Shown here in pieces: positions 45,511 to 63,646 of a stretch of 64,000 nt of DNA. Numbering within the stretch: position 1 is the stretch's first letter; every line of letters begins with the position of its first letter. The notes under the pieces were generated by a model that ran no database searches, was not told the origin of the DNA, and was given only the letters and a program-made list of their open reading frames with translations. The DNA is from Amoebidium appalachense (Eukaryota > Protista > Ichthyosporea): positions 5,768,564-5,832,563 of the forward strand of contig CAVNZM010000004.1 in NCBI GenBank assembly GCA_963693365.1. Direction: 5' to 3'. The translations under genes and the position numbers were made by a program.

Positions 45511-46996
45511 TGGACGGCCACTTGGTCACGAATGAAAATAGGACTATGTCAGGCTCAACGAGGCCACCGGTGTCACTATTATGCACGAATGCAGTAAATT
45601 ATGACGGGGTCATTGAAGCCATTGATGTCTCAATAATGCACGAATGCAATAAAGAGATGATTAAGAGGTGCTGGCTGGTCCGCACCACAGATCAATTTTT
45701 TTTCTTTGCCTCAGGAGAGCAAAATTAGTGCTTGTGCAGCGGTAATGCGCTGTTTTGATGACCACACCACCTTGCCCCCCCCCCTTAAAACACACACATA
45801 CACACACATACACACACACGGGCAAAACAGCCGCCGTCACCACCACCACTCTCTTTCTCCTTGGAGCATGTTGCCCGCAAACGAGTGGTAGGGTTCAAGA
45901 CCATGGGGGTACAGCTCAATACAGGCAGCTGCCTCCCTAGTAGAGTTGGTGCCCAAATGAACAACACACACGAAGACAGTGGCCTCTAAGACAAAACGTA
46001 ACAGATGGCCGGTCGTGGTGATAGATCATTGCCTTGCAGTGCAAGGGAAGACTCTATAATTAGCCACAGAACCACGTACTACCAGCAACTGTTCTGACGG
46101 CACTCCCACAAAGCCCTCAGGCCGCCCTGCCACCCTTTAGCACCAAAAGAAATCATTGCTGTGGCCAGATCTTTCGACACCCTAAAGGAAAACAACGTAT
46201 TGCCAACAAGTTGGGCGTGCAGGTCCTAAGAGAAATTGTCCCCGTCAAAAAAAAAAAAAAAAATCGACAACCAAGAAGGTAATAATTATTGTAACACACG
46301 CATGTACACAGGTAAACAATGTCACAACAACGTACACACACACACACACAAACACACACATACACTGTGACACACCCACACACCCACACACCCACCCACC
46401 CACACGCACACACGCACGCACACACACACACACACAAACACACGCAAACGCACACATGCACACACGCGCACGCACACACACGTCACGCACGCGCACATAC
46501 ATACACACACGTCGCACCCACCCACTGTGACACGCACAATCTCATACACACACTCACACTCACACACCGTACACAAACACTCTCGGCCTCTCTCACACAC
46601 CGTGGCACACACGCACATATGGTATAATAGATGTGTATGCACAGTGACTGTCACACATTCACAGGTGCACGTGTGCGCATGCCACTTAGTGTGCGTGCAC
46701 ATACACATGGACACACGCACGCGTGCACACAGGCACACACACGTGCGAATGTGACACACGCGCACGCGCCATGTACGCCATGGGGCGCACATGCACATAC
46801 ACACATACACGACGGCGACGCTCGCACGCAGTAGCATACACGAATGCAGCCACGGTAGAATTCTCTCTTTCTCTCAGACTGGTCTTCAGATCTAGATCTC
46901 ACTGGAGCCTCTCGCTCCGCCCCCCTGACTCTCCCAGGACCCAGGAGCTCGAGTGTCGAGCTCTCTCTCTCTCCTCCTGTTTGCAACGGCCGGGGT

Positions 46997-47233
46997 GAAT
47001 TCCCGAGGTACAGTAGCATTCCCGAGGTACGCAAGAATAAGTATTTCCGGAGGTACGCAAGATGAATATTCCCGATTACGCAAGCTTGGAACACCGAGTA
47101 TTCCCGGCCCAGGACGAGGTACGCAAGAGCAAGTATTCCCGAGGTACGCAAGAGCAAGTATTCCCGAGGTACGCAAGATGAGTATTCCCGATGTACGCAA
47201 GATGAGTATTCCCGAGGTACGCAAGATTAGTAT
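46997..47233. repeat. 24-bp tandem array (GAGTATTCCCGAGGTACGCAAGAT), left part, ~9 copies
   Basis: Read directly; same unit and orientation as 49947-50159. Confidence 0.93.
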
Positions 47234-47329
47234 AGAGACACGGCCATCTAGGGTGTTTCTAGATGGCCGTGGTCAGAGATCAGCGTTGATTGCGCAAACG
47301 CATTTTCTGCAGCTGCAGCATAGCTGATC

Positions 47330-49110
47330 GAGCGGCACGGCTGCTGCAGAAACAAAAGAGAAGGAACTGACACGAAGTACTTCACGTAGGTAGCGCTGTA
47401 TGGCCATAAGAACATCGTTCTTTTTATATAAAACAGTTTGCGACCTTTCTTTTCAAGTGCCCTTTCAACCATGTTACCGTAGGCTACGCATCTAGGATGC
47501 TTGGAAGCCTCGCGCAGCTGTAGTAAGTGCTTTGCCGTCAGGATCACACCATGCAGCACCACTAGACAACGTACATGCAGTGGGTATACAGGCACGAAGG
47601 GCCGACTTCTAGGTGCTTCAGGGAATGGGCATAAAAGGTAGCGGGTTAGAAGGAGAAGAATTTTGTGGGGGAGCGGAGGTGGAAAGGGAGAGCCTTGTAG
47701 TCCATAAGTAAACGGTAGCTATCGTTGTGGGTCCGCAACTGCACTGTACTCTTAGACTAACGGGAAGATGCGAACCCGAGTCACTAAAACGAAAGTGCAG
47801 GCAGAAATATGCATGTTATTTCTTAAGCTGCTGACTCTTTTCAAGTGCATGATGTGAATGGTTTACGCTTATGTCGAGCTATAGCGTGCATCACCTAAAT
47901 TTTGACCCGGCGGGTCTTTTCTCACGCCAAGTATCACCTTGAGATTTTGTTAGTGTGCTGGTGTCGCGCATTTTTAGGTTGGTATGTGTGTGCCTACGCT
48001 TGTGCTTTTGCGTGCATGTGTGCGTGCGTCTGCACATCTGCGTGTGCGTATGTGTGCTTGTGCGTGTGCGTGTGCATGCATGCGTGTGTGTTTGTACGTG
48101 TGGGTGCGCACGCGCACGTGTGTGTTTGTGTGTATGTTTGCTTTTGTGTTTGTGTGTGTGTGTGTGAATGTGTGTGCGCGCGTGTACTTCATGCGACCAT
48201 AAGCTTTGTGTGTGTGAGGGATCCAGGAACGCGACGGTGTGCGAGGGAAAGGTCGTTGCACGGTGAAGCATTTTGATGCGCAGACACAGGCTCGCTTGTT
48301 TAGAGCACGGATCTTCCCGGGGTGAGGGGGGGAGGGGGGGAGGGGGGAGGGGGGGATATATGCAAAGGTGGTGACCAGGTGACACTATGTACCGTTGCCA
48401 GAGCAGAGACGGGGGGAGGGGGGGGGTGGGGGGCGAGAATGAAAGGTGGATATAGGGATGCTCGAAAGGTTTTCTTACGAGCTCTGTGCCGGGGGTGGGG
48501 AGGTGGGGAGAGGAAGGGGGGGGGGGGGGGGGGGGAGGGGGGAGGGGAGTTGGGCGGGGGCAGTTGGATATCTGCAGGCCGGGAGCTTAGGCCAGGTGGG
48601 CGGTACGATGGGGTGGGGAACGGGGGAGGTGGGTGTATAGTTCTAGATCTAGGAGCAAGTGCGCACAAGAACTGAGAACACCTGTTGGTCGAGAAAAGAC
48701 CGTGACTTAGATGGACTTGCACCGAGAGGCTCAGTGGGCAATAACTTACAGTTGGGATGAGGAAACAATGTAGTCTAAAAGGGGGGATAGATCCATTAAA
48801 GATTTGGTGGTTTCGTTCCTCCGTTTCCTACTACCAGATCTACCAGAGTCTCTAGCTGTCACTCCGGGGGCCTGCACTGCAAAGTACGCGCCGTGTACAT
48901 GTACCATGATCGTCATGAGGTGTGGACAGGCATACAACGGTTCGTGACCAGGGCACGAACACGAAGCACGTTTGTTGGCGTCTGCACATCACCATGCGAT
49001 GCTTCGTTGACTTTGAGGTGGCTTTTCAAAACGGATACTTGTACGTTACTTATTGCTTAGCTACTAGTACGTCGCCCTCAACATTTTTCAACCGCCCTTC
49101 AAGTTACTGC
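47330..49110 (+). mobile_element. Possible degenerate LINE 3' relic F inside the 2.7-kb segment
   Basis: PLDNVHAVGIQ...VLQGMG (~47555-47630) and SFLRFLLPDLPESLAVTPG...RCGQ...EHEARLL (~48810-48980) resemble LINE thumb and C-terminal blocks. Weak evidence. Confidence 0.25.
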
Positions 49111-49477
49111 TAGTATACTCGCTGCTAGCCTAGCCTTTCTCTACCCGGAGTGACTCTTAGTAGCTTGCTCGTGTGTATGTATATACGGTATCTTGTTTCC
49201 TAGGCCTCATAAATATATACCTTCATCTTTAACCTCTGCTGCAAGCAGCAACATACCAAAAGATGTACGTGTGCACAACAATGGTCGATGTTCCGGTCTG
49301 TTCTTTTTATGCGCTCTAGATCTGCAACAAGCTGTACCAAGGGTCGCCTCGAGGGCCACGGGGACCTGCAACCTGCAGCTAACTGTGCATGTAACGTGCA
49401 CGAAAAGCAGCCAGTAGAACGACCAAGCCGAACAAAGCATACAGCACGTCTTATAAGCTGCCGTTTTTCAACCACAC

Positions 49478-49618
49478 CGCGCCTGCTGCCTTCCTTGGAA
49501 GTGGTAGCCGTTTCTCAGGCTCCCTCCCCGGAATCGAACCCTAATTCTCCGTCACCCGTTGTAAACATGGTAAGCCAATACCTTACCATCGAAAGTTGAT
49601 AGGGCAGAATTTGAATGA
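49478..49618 (-). pseudogene. Isolated 141-bp 18S rRNA fragment (conserved 5'-domain segment)
   Basis: Minus strand reads TCATTCAAATTCTGCCCTATCAACTTTCGATGGTAAGGTATTGGCTTACCATG..TACAACGGGTGACGGAGAATTAGGGTTCGATTCCGGGGAGGGAGCCTGAGAAACGGCTACCACTTCCAAGGAAGGCAGCAGGCGCG, a universally conserved eukaryotic SSU segment. The flanks are not rRNA. Confidence 0.95.
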
Positions 49619-49946
49619 CTGCTTCCCCTAGCCCCCAGGTGTAAGCCAGTACAAGCAACAAGAGAGTTCCCATGCATGTGTGCTCATGGTGGGACGTTTG
49701 GTCCAACAACCTAGCCTTACGGTGGTGAGATCGTCAGAATAAAACAACACCCAGTAAAATAGAGATATAAATATATTTTATGAAGAGTATGGCGCTTCAT
49801 TTGACTTAGTATATGCTTATAGTTTTTTTTCTCTTTTTTTTTTCCTGCTGTTTTGGGTCGACGTTTTTGCCGCTCGCGTTTTTCGCTCCCAAAACGAGCG
49901 GCTGCAGAATGTCGGATCAATTAGGATTGCGCAAACAATCGCTGAT

Positions 49947-50159
49947 CGAGGTACGCAAGATGAGTTTCCCGAGGTACGCAAGATGAGTATTCCCGAGGTA
50001 CGCAAGATGAGTATTCCCGAGGTACGCAAGATGAGGTACGCCCGAGATAGGTACGCAAGATGAGTATTCCCGAGGTACGCAAGATGAGTATTCCGGAGGT
50101 GTACGCAAGATGGACACCCCCCGCAAGAGGGGCAAGATGAGTATTCCCGAGGTACGCAA
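49947..50159. repeat. 24-bp tandem array (GAGTATTCCCGAGGTACGCAAGAT), right part, ~8 copies, ~130 bp upstream of the TMEM97 ATG
   Basis: Read directly. Confidence 0.93.
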
Positions 50160-50287
50160 CTTGAGGCACAGCCTCCGCCACCTCCGCACAAGCAGACACC
50201 AGAAACAGAGACATAGAGAGGCAGACACAGAGGCAGATATAGACACGGACAGGCACAGACAGACAGGCAGGCACACAGGCAGGCGCG

Positions 50288-50791
50288 ATGGGGCTGGACA
50301 CGCTGTTTCTGGGCTACTTCCTGGTGCACCTGCCCGTGTCGCTGCTGATAGACGCCCAGGCCGTGCTGCCGGCCGGCTGGCACCCGCAGGTGGCCGTGGA
50401 CCTTGTGGACTACTATGTGCGGTGCGTGCGGGGGCCTGGCCAGCCACGGAGTTGCCTTGCTGACGGCCGTGTACCCGCAGAGAGTTCCGTGACCCGTATA
50501 TGCGCGCACCGCCCGTGTGGTTCCAGTCGTTCGTGTGGTGCGAGCTGACGCTGCAGCTCGCCCTGCAGCTGGCGGCCATCTACGGCCTGCTGAAGCGTAC
50601 GTGCACACGCACAGGTGCAGGGCGGGGGGCAGGGTGTGTACTGAGGGCGGGGCAGGGCGCAGCTGGGTGGGCACGGTGTGTGTGGTCTACGGCACACACG
50701 TGGCCACCACCGTGCTGCCCATAGTGGCCGACACGGCCTGCCGCCGGGACCGCACAACAAACGAAAAGGCCGTGCTGGTGCGTGCCAGTAC

Positions 50792-50832
<41 letters not shown>

Positions 50833-50990
50833 TTCCCCCTCAAAAAAAAAAAAAAAAAGATATGGGAAGGTAGGTGACAGAGGTGGGCCCACAGCTGGGC
50901 TTCTACGTGCCGTACCTTTTGCTGCCCGTGGCAATGGTCCTGCGCTTTGCCCTGCACCCGTGGCCCTCCGCCAAGCCCAAGCAGAGCTAA
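50288..50990 (+). CDS. TMEM97: TMEM97/sigma-2 receptor-like EXPERA-domain membrane protein, 4 exons
   Basis: LDTLFLGYFLVHLPVSLLIDAQAVLP...[31 protein letters not shown]...VVYGTHVATTVLPI...FYVPYLLLP. The C-terminal KPKQS fits a KxKxx ER-retrieval motif. Confidence 0.92.
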
Positions 50991-51157
50991 AAATAGTTCT
51001 AGCACACACACAGGCCCACACAGGGCTAGCCGTTACATACACACTGGCCCCGGGGCCAGGGCTAATATTAAGCGGCACACTGTGCGCGCTGCCATACATG
51101 CCGCAACCTTCGTGCCTGTTTCATGCCGTCTGTCCTTCGTGCATATGCCCTGCTGTC

Positions 51158-57395
<6,238 letters not shown>

Positions 57396-57702
57396 CGTCC
57401 CCCCCCGTGTGTGTGCGCGTGCGTGTGCGCCAGTTTGCTTGCATACATGTATGGGTGGCTGGGCCTCCGGTGCCCGTCTTTCTGTCTGGCTCCTCTGTGT
57501 GATGGAAATGAAAAAATCACACAGCGCAAGGACAGGTTACGTTATCGGCGCATTCCTGCCTGCATGTTTGCGTCATCACTCATCAGGCCGCACAGCTGTA
57601 CTGTGCATTCCAGTCCCTCTTACCAGCTGTGAACACACACCTACGGTCACGTGAGGCCAGAAGGCTGCCGTCTGGTTGGCCGCTGCAGGGTGGCGGGGCA
57701 CT
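57396..57702. promoter_or_regulatory. Probable bidirectional promoter between Hook and TXNL4B
   Basis: Divergent ATGs only ~307 bp apart. Confidence 0.55.
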
Positions 57703-58007
57703 ATGGGGTCGCTGCTGCTTCCTGCGCTGGGCAGCAAGAGGGAGGTGGATGCGGCCATACGCCACACAGAGGACAGGGTGCTTGTGCTGCGCTTTGGGCG
57801 GGACAACGACCCCGTGTGCCAGCAGCTGGACCACCTGGTAAGGACACGCACAAGCACACACACACACACAGCATTTACAATTGCATGCATACGCACAAGG
57901 GCACACACACACACAACATTTGCACAAGCACGGACACACGCATACTCACATGCATATGCACACACGTATACAGGCACACATCACGAAAGGTACCTGCTTT
58001 GGTATCA

Positions 58008-58076
<69 letters not shown>

Positions 58077-58606
58077 GGCAACTCAAGCACACCTGTACAC
58101 ACGTATGCCTATGGAGGGACAGGCACAGGCATGCACACGTGCTAATGCCGTGTGCAGTTGGCCAAGGTTGCGCCGCTGGTGGCACGTATGGCTGCAGTGT
58201 ACACGGTGGACGTGGACCGGGTGGGGCTGTATGCGGCCTACTTCGACATCAGCCTTATCCCCGCCACACTGTTCTTTTTCAACGGCCAGCACCTCAAGGC
58301 AGACTACGGGTAACTGCCCCCCCCCCCCCCCTCCCCCCCCCCTCCTCCGGCTGGGCTGCAACGAGCTAACGGGTGTGCAGCACGCAGGACCACAGCAAGT
58401 GGATAGGCTGCTTTTACACCAAGCAGGACTTTATTGACCTGGTGGGTGCTGCCCGGCGGGGGGGGGGGGGGGGGAGAGCAGGGGCTGAGGGGGTGCTGCA
58501 GGTGGAGGTATTCTACCGCGGGGCGCAGCGGGGCAAGCTCATAGTGACGTCACCCATAGCCAGAGAGCACGTGCCCCCCTACACGCTGCTGTACAAGGAC
58601 CTGTGA
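57703..58606 (+). CDS. TXNL4B: Thioredoxin-like protein 4B (Dim2/DLP), 4 exons
   Basis: [48 protein letters not shown]...[63 protein letters not shown]...[10 protein letters not shown]. These are Dim2-type rather than Dim1-type signatures. Confidence 0.94.
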
Positions 58607-59178
58607 ACACCATGTATGTATGAAGGCGACCTGCAGGCCAGGCTGCGTGTGAATGAATGACCAATTAAAGCTGTATGCCTGTATGGCAGAGTAGGGTCCT
58701 GCTGCATGTGCCTGCCTGTGGGCACAGGAATGTATGGCAGGCATAGTGGGCCCTGCACGTTTGCCCGTCAGACTGGACCATATTCTGGCTGGGCCACGCC
58801 AGAGTCTACTGTGCACCCACCGGCCCTCTTTCACAGGTTCCTGTGCCTAAGTAGGAACGGCTGTTCCTGGGGCAGTGTCCTATCACAACCTGCTTGATGC
58901 TGTGTGGCTAGTAAAAAAGCAGAAAACAAGCAGGCTCCCAAGTGCATATCTGGTGCTTTTTCCCCTTCCAACCTCAGCAGGGTATGCACGCTCTCATCAC
59001 TGCTCAGTCAGTAGTGTATGTGCTCGAACAACACAGCCAGGCAAATATAATAGCACGGCGCGGCTCATGAGACGCGGCGCATTCACATCGACCGTTGATT
59101 GATGTCCGTGTCAGTCACTTGTCGCCAGCACCGTCGCACAGCAGCGTTCTGTGCACGCACACACTGTGCAGCGCGCAG

Positions 59179-59238
<60 letters not shown>

Positions 59239-59244
59239 CGCGCC

Positions 59245-59731
59245 ATGCTGTACCTGGTGCTGGAGATAGACCACGACAGCCCGCTGCCCAAGGACCTGCT
59301 GTGGGCCCCCCAGGGTGCGCTCCACTGCCTCTCCGCGCGCACAGCGGCGCAGGACTGTCGGCTGGGCGCAGGGGGCAAGGCCGCGGGAGGCGACGAGGAG
59401 GCGGCGGCCACGCTGCACCGCGAGAGGCAGCTGGGCGGCCGCAGTGTCCGCACGCTCAGGCTGGTGGCGCTGGACGCCCACCCAGCGGCCATGGACGCGG
59501 GCACGGAGCAGCAGGGCAGTGGCAGCAACACGCAGCTGACCCTGCCCTTCTTCACAGGCAACCCTACAGTCGAGCTGACAAAGGGTGCGTGCCTGTCCCT
59601 GTCTGGGCATACTTCTCCCCCCCCCCCCCCCTCCCCCCCCTCCCCTACGTAAGGTGGTCAATCCGGCGTTCTCATCTGGTGGGTGGGTGTGCGACGTGCA
59701 TACGAGTTTGTAAGTGTGTGTGTTTTGTGTG

Positions 59732-59792
<61 letters not shown>

Positions 59793-59793
59793 C

Positions 59794-59860
<67 letters not shown>

Positions 59861-62590
59861 GTGAGTGTGTGTGCATTGTGAGTGAGTAATAGAGAGAGTG
59901 AGCGCATGTTCATGTCTGTGTGTGCACATTTTTATTGTGAGTAAATGGGTGAGAGTGTGTGTGCTTGTGCATCTGTGCGTGCGTGCTAGTGTAGTGTGAG
60001 TGATTGAGAGTGTGTGTGTCCGTGCGCACGGGCGTCTGTATATGTCCAGAAAGGGCCTGTGCATATACGACTGTTTTTGTGTGTGGCTGTGCACCCTGCC
60101 TGACGTGGGGCACACAGGGCTGCTGCACGTGTACAAGGACGAGCACCAGGGCCTGGCCAGCACCAGCGGCAAGCAGCCGAGGCAGGTGTGTGGCTGCAGA
60201 GGGTGGGGCCCAGGCCCGTGCTGACGCTGGCACAGGGGGCACTGCCGGCCCAGCGCAGCAGCCTGGTGGCCCTGCTGGGCGTGCCGGCGGCCTTCGAGGT
60301 GCCCGACCTGCTGGCCTTCCTGGCCCCCGTCCAGGCCGGCATAGAGCACATACGCCTCATACGGTGGGTGTGTGTGTGGGGGGGGGGGGGGGGGGGGAGG
60401 GAGGGGGATTGTGAGGAGGACTGGCGATGGCTGAGGCTGGTTGAGGTGCAGGGACACGGAGCCCAGCCGCTATCTGGCACTGCTGGCCATGCGCAGCCAA
60501 GAACAGGCCGACCAGGTGTACCTGCACTTCAACGCACAGCCATACAACCTGCTGGAGGTGGGTGGTTGGGCTTATGTGCAATGAATGGTGGAGAAGGGGG
60601 GGGGGGAGGGGGGGACGGGGGTAGATGAATGGAGCTTATTGCAATGTAGTGAGGGGTGGTGGGAAGTTGCAAAGGAAAACAGAAATTGTCGAAACGGATA
60701 ATGCACATTAGGTTCCAAGAGCGGGACATGGGGCGGGGGGGGAGGCAGGGAGGGCTAAGAAGAAAATGAAAATTGGAGAGGAAGATGCACACACACACAC
60801 ACATTCACATACACACGCGCACGCACACACACACACAGACACGCACGTACGCACACACACACACACACACACACGCACATGTATGTATAGAGAGAATAGG
60901 GGGAGGGGGGGGTAATAGAAAGAATTGGGGGAGGCGGGGAGGGATGGAGGAGAGGCCAGAGTGTTTACTGACGTTGGCAGCAGGCCGAGCTGTGCCATGT
61001 GATGTTTGTGGCCCGGGTCGAGGTCATGCACTCAAGGGACATGGACCTCAGGCTGCCCTTCGGCCTGACAGAGCTGCCGTCCTGTGCCGTGTGTCTGGGT
61101 ATGCTGGCCTAGGGGGCGTCTGGGTATGCTGGCCCAGGGGGGTCTGGGCATGCTGGGCCAGGGGCGGGGGGAGTCTGGGTATGCGGGGCCAGGGGGGGCG
61201 GGGAGGGGGGCACTGGGGGTTGTTGTTGAATGTTGGGCGGGCAGAGCGGCTGGATGAGTCTGTGACGGGGGTGCTGACGACTGTGTGCAACCACACGTTC
61301 CACTGCCAGTGCCTCAAGAACTGGAGCTACACCAGGTGACCACCCCCCCTGGTCCTCACAAACCCCCTGGCACGTCAGGGCAGGGGCCATGGTTCCATGG
61401 TGCTGACAGGCATGGCTGGCAGCTGTCCGGTGTGCCGGCATGCGCAGAGGGGGGAGGCCAGCAACGAGTGTGTGGCCTGTGGGGCTCGGGAGGGGCTGTG
61501 GATCTGCCTGGTGTGCGGCAGCATTGGCTGTGGCCGCTACCTGGACCGCCACTCGTACCAGCACTTTGTCGAGACGCAGCACATGTACGCCATGGAGCTG
61601 GAGACACGCAGGGTCTGGGACTATGTGGGCGACAAGTGCGTGCCCGTGCTGGTGCTGGGGGTTGTGCGTGTGGGGCCAAGGGCTGGTGCTGACTGGGGGG
61701 TGCAGCTATGTGCACCGGCTGATCCAGAGCACTAGTGACGGCAAGCCTATCGAGGTGCCATCGGCTGCAGGAGACACAGAGGTGTGTGCTGCTTGGGGGG
61801 GAGGGGGGGGGGGGGGGGGGGGGGGCTGTTTCTCATAGTGTCATGGGGTTTAGGAAAAAGTGGATGCGCTGACGCTGGAATACACGTACCTGCTGACGTC
61901 ACAGCTGGAATCCCAGCGCAGATACTACACCCAGCAGATGGCCCAGCGTGATGCCGAGCACAAGTACTCCCCCTCATGCCACCACACAGACACACCACCA
62001 TACACAGATATGCCTCCCCTTTCAACAGACACACACGTACAACAGCATCACAGACACACAGGTACTGCGGCCACGACCAGCATGATCACAACCACACACA
62101 CACAGACACACTCACTCACTCACTCACTCACACACACACGCACGCACACACACACAAACACACACACACTCACCCACCCACCCACCCACACACTCACACT
62201 CACCCACACACATTCACACACACACATATGCATACTCAACACTGCCACCAGCAAACACACACGTACCATTGATTACCTTCACCATTCATACACGCACACC
62301 ACTTCTACACCTCACCACCAACACCGTACTTACCATACCACACCCAACTGCTTACACACACACATGACCACCGTTGCCAAACACACACCACCACCACCCC
62401 ACCGCACACACACACGCCCGGACACAGCCAGCACTCTCACGCCACAGCAACCATCACACCACACACAAACACACAAACACACAAACATACAGCCACCAAT
62501 ACACGGGCACAAGCACACGCTTACGATTACACACCCACCACCACGACCACACACACACACACCGAAAACTGCTATTGTATGGACCTACGT

Positions 62591-62632
<42 letters not shown>

Positions 62633-63358
62633 ACCCAACCCCCACCGCCACCAAGATCACCACCACCCCCATGGCGAGTGTGCTCGCATAAACACACGGA
62701 CACATACACTAACACACAAGCATGCTCACATGCGTACACACATGCACACACATACTGCCACCATCACCACAGACCACCACACATGCACACATACACACAG
62801 GCCCATACCACCGCCATCACATACCATGGCCACAACTCACAAACACAACCCCTCCCCCCACCCCACCCACCCACCCACCCATACACCCCCCAGCCACCCA
62901 TCCATACCCCCCCCCCCACCCCCCCCTCCCCCCACTCGCCCGCCCATCCAGCCACCCACCCACCTCCCCCCCCCCCCCCCCCCCACCCCCCACCCCACGC
63001 ACGCAGGGCCACAGTGGAGGAGCTTGAGCGTCAGCTGCAGGCGCTGGGGCACGAGAATGAGCGGCTGGGGCAGCTGGTGCGCAGCAGCCAGAGCAGGGCC
63101 GACCGGCTGGCCCAGGAGCTGCACACGGAGAGGCAGCTGGGCCTGGGCCTGGCCACAAACCACCAAAACATGCAAGCACAGCTGCAGGCAAAGGACTCAC
63201 AGCTGGCTGACCTGCAGGTACAAAGGGGGGGTGGGGGGGGATGGGGAGGTTGGTGCTGACGGGCATGTGTGCAGGAGCAAGTGCGGGACCTGATGTTTGC
63301 GCTGGACATGCAGCAGAAGATCGAACAGGCTGGCCCATCGGCCCAGCAGGAGCTACGG
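59245..63358 (+). CDS. BRAP: BRCA1-associated protein BRAP/IMP/Etp1 (BRAP2 + RING + ZnF-UBP + coiled coil), 3'-partial
   Basis: [81 protein letters not shown]..W...SCPVCR, LWICLVCGSIGCGRY, RVWDYVGDNYVHRLIQS..DGK, LEYTYLLTSQLESQRRYY, EQVRDLMF. The last intron opens at ~63359 and runs off the window. Confidence 0.96.
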
Positions 63359-63646
63359 GTAGGTCCTTTTGGGGGGGGGGGGGGGGGGGGGGGGGGCAGA
63401 TGCTGGTGTGGGCGTGTAGTTGTGTGGGTGTGTGCATGTATGTGCGTGGCCGTACAAGGGAACTCTATGTGTGTGTGAGCACTACGTGTGTTTCTGTGCA
63501 TATCTTTGAAGAAGTGCATGCAAGCAAGTGCACATGGACATAGGCCTGTTGGCACGTATTCATCTTTTTTTTGTGCTTGTGGGTGTGTGTGGGTGCATGT
63601 CGCGCGCACGCGGGCATGTGTGTCTGTGAAGTTTGGGTGCGAGTGT

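Larger units (their letters stand above)
47234..49949 (-). mobile_element. Putative non-autonomous Helitron/Helentron-like element carrying captured sequence
   Basis: Perfect 13-bp-stem hairpin at 47239-47271 at one end. Imperfect inverted repeats at 47278-47299 and 49925-49947. The segment interrupts a 24-bp array. No transposase or RepHel ORF is present. Confidence 0.4.

Noticed and set aside
46997-47233. CRISPR or guide array from a conserved core with variable linkers
   Set aside because: The linkers are ~8 nt and are mutated versions of one another, not independent spacers.
49478-49618. Functional rDNA locus
   Set aside because: Only 141 bp match; no flanking 18S, ITS, 5.8S or 28S sequence is present.
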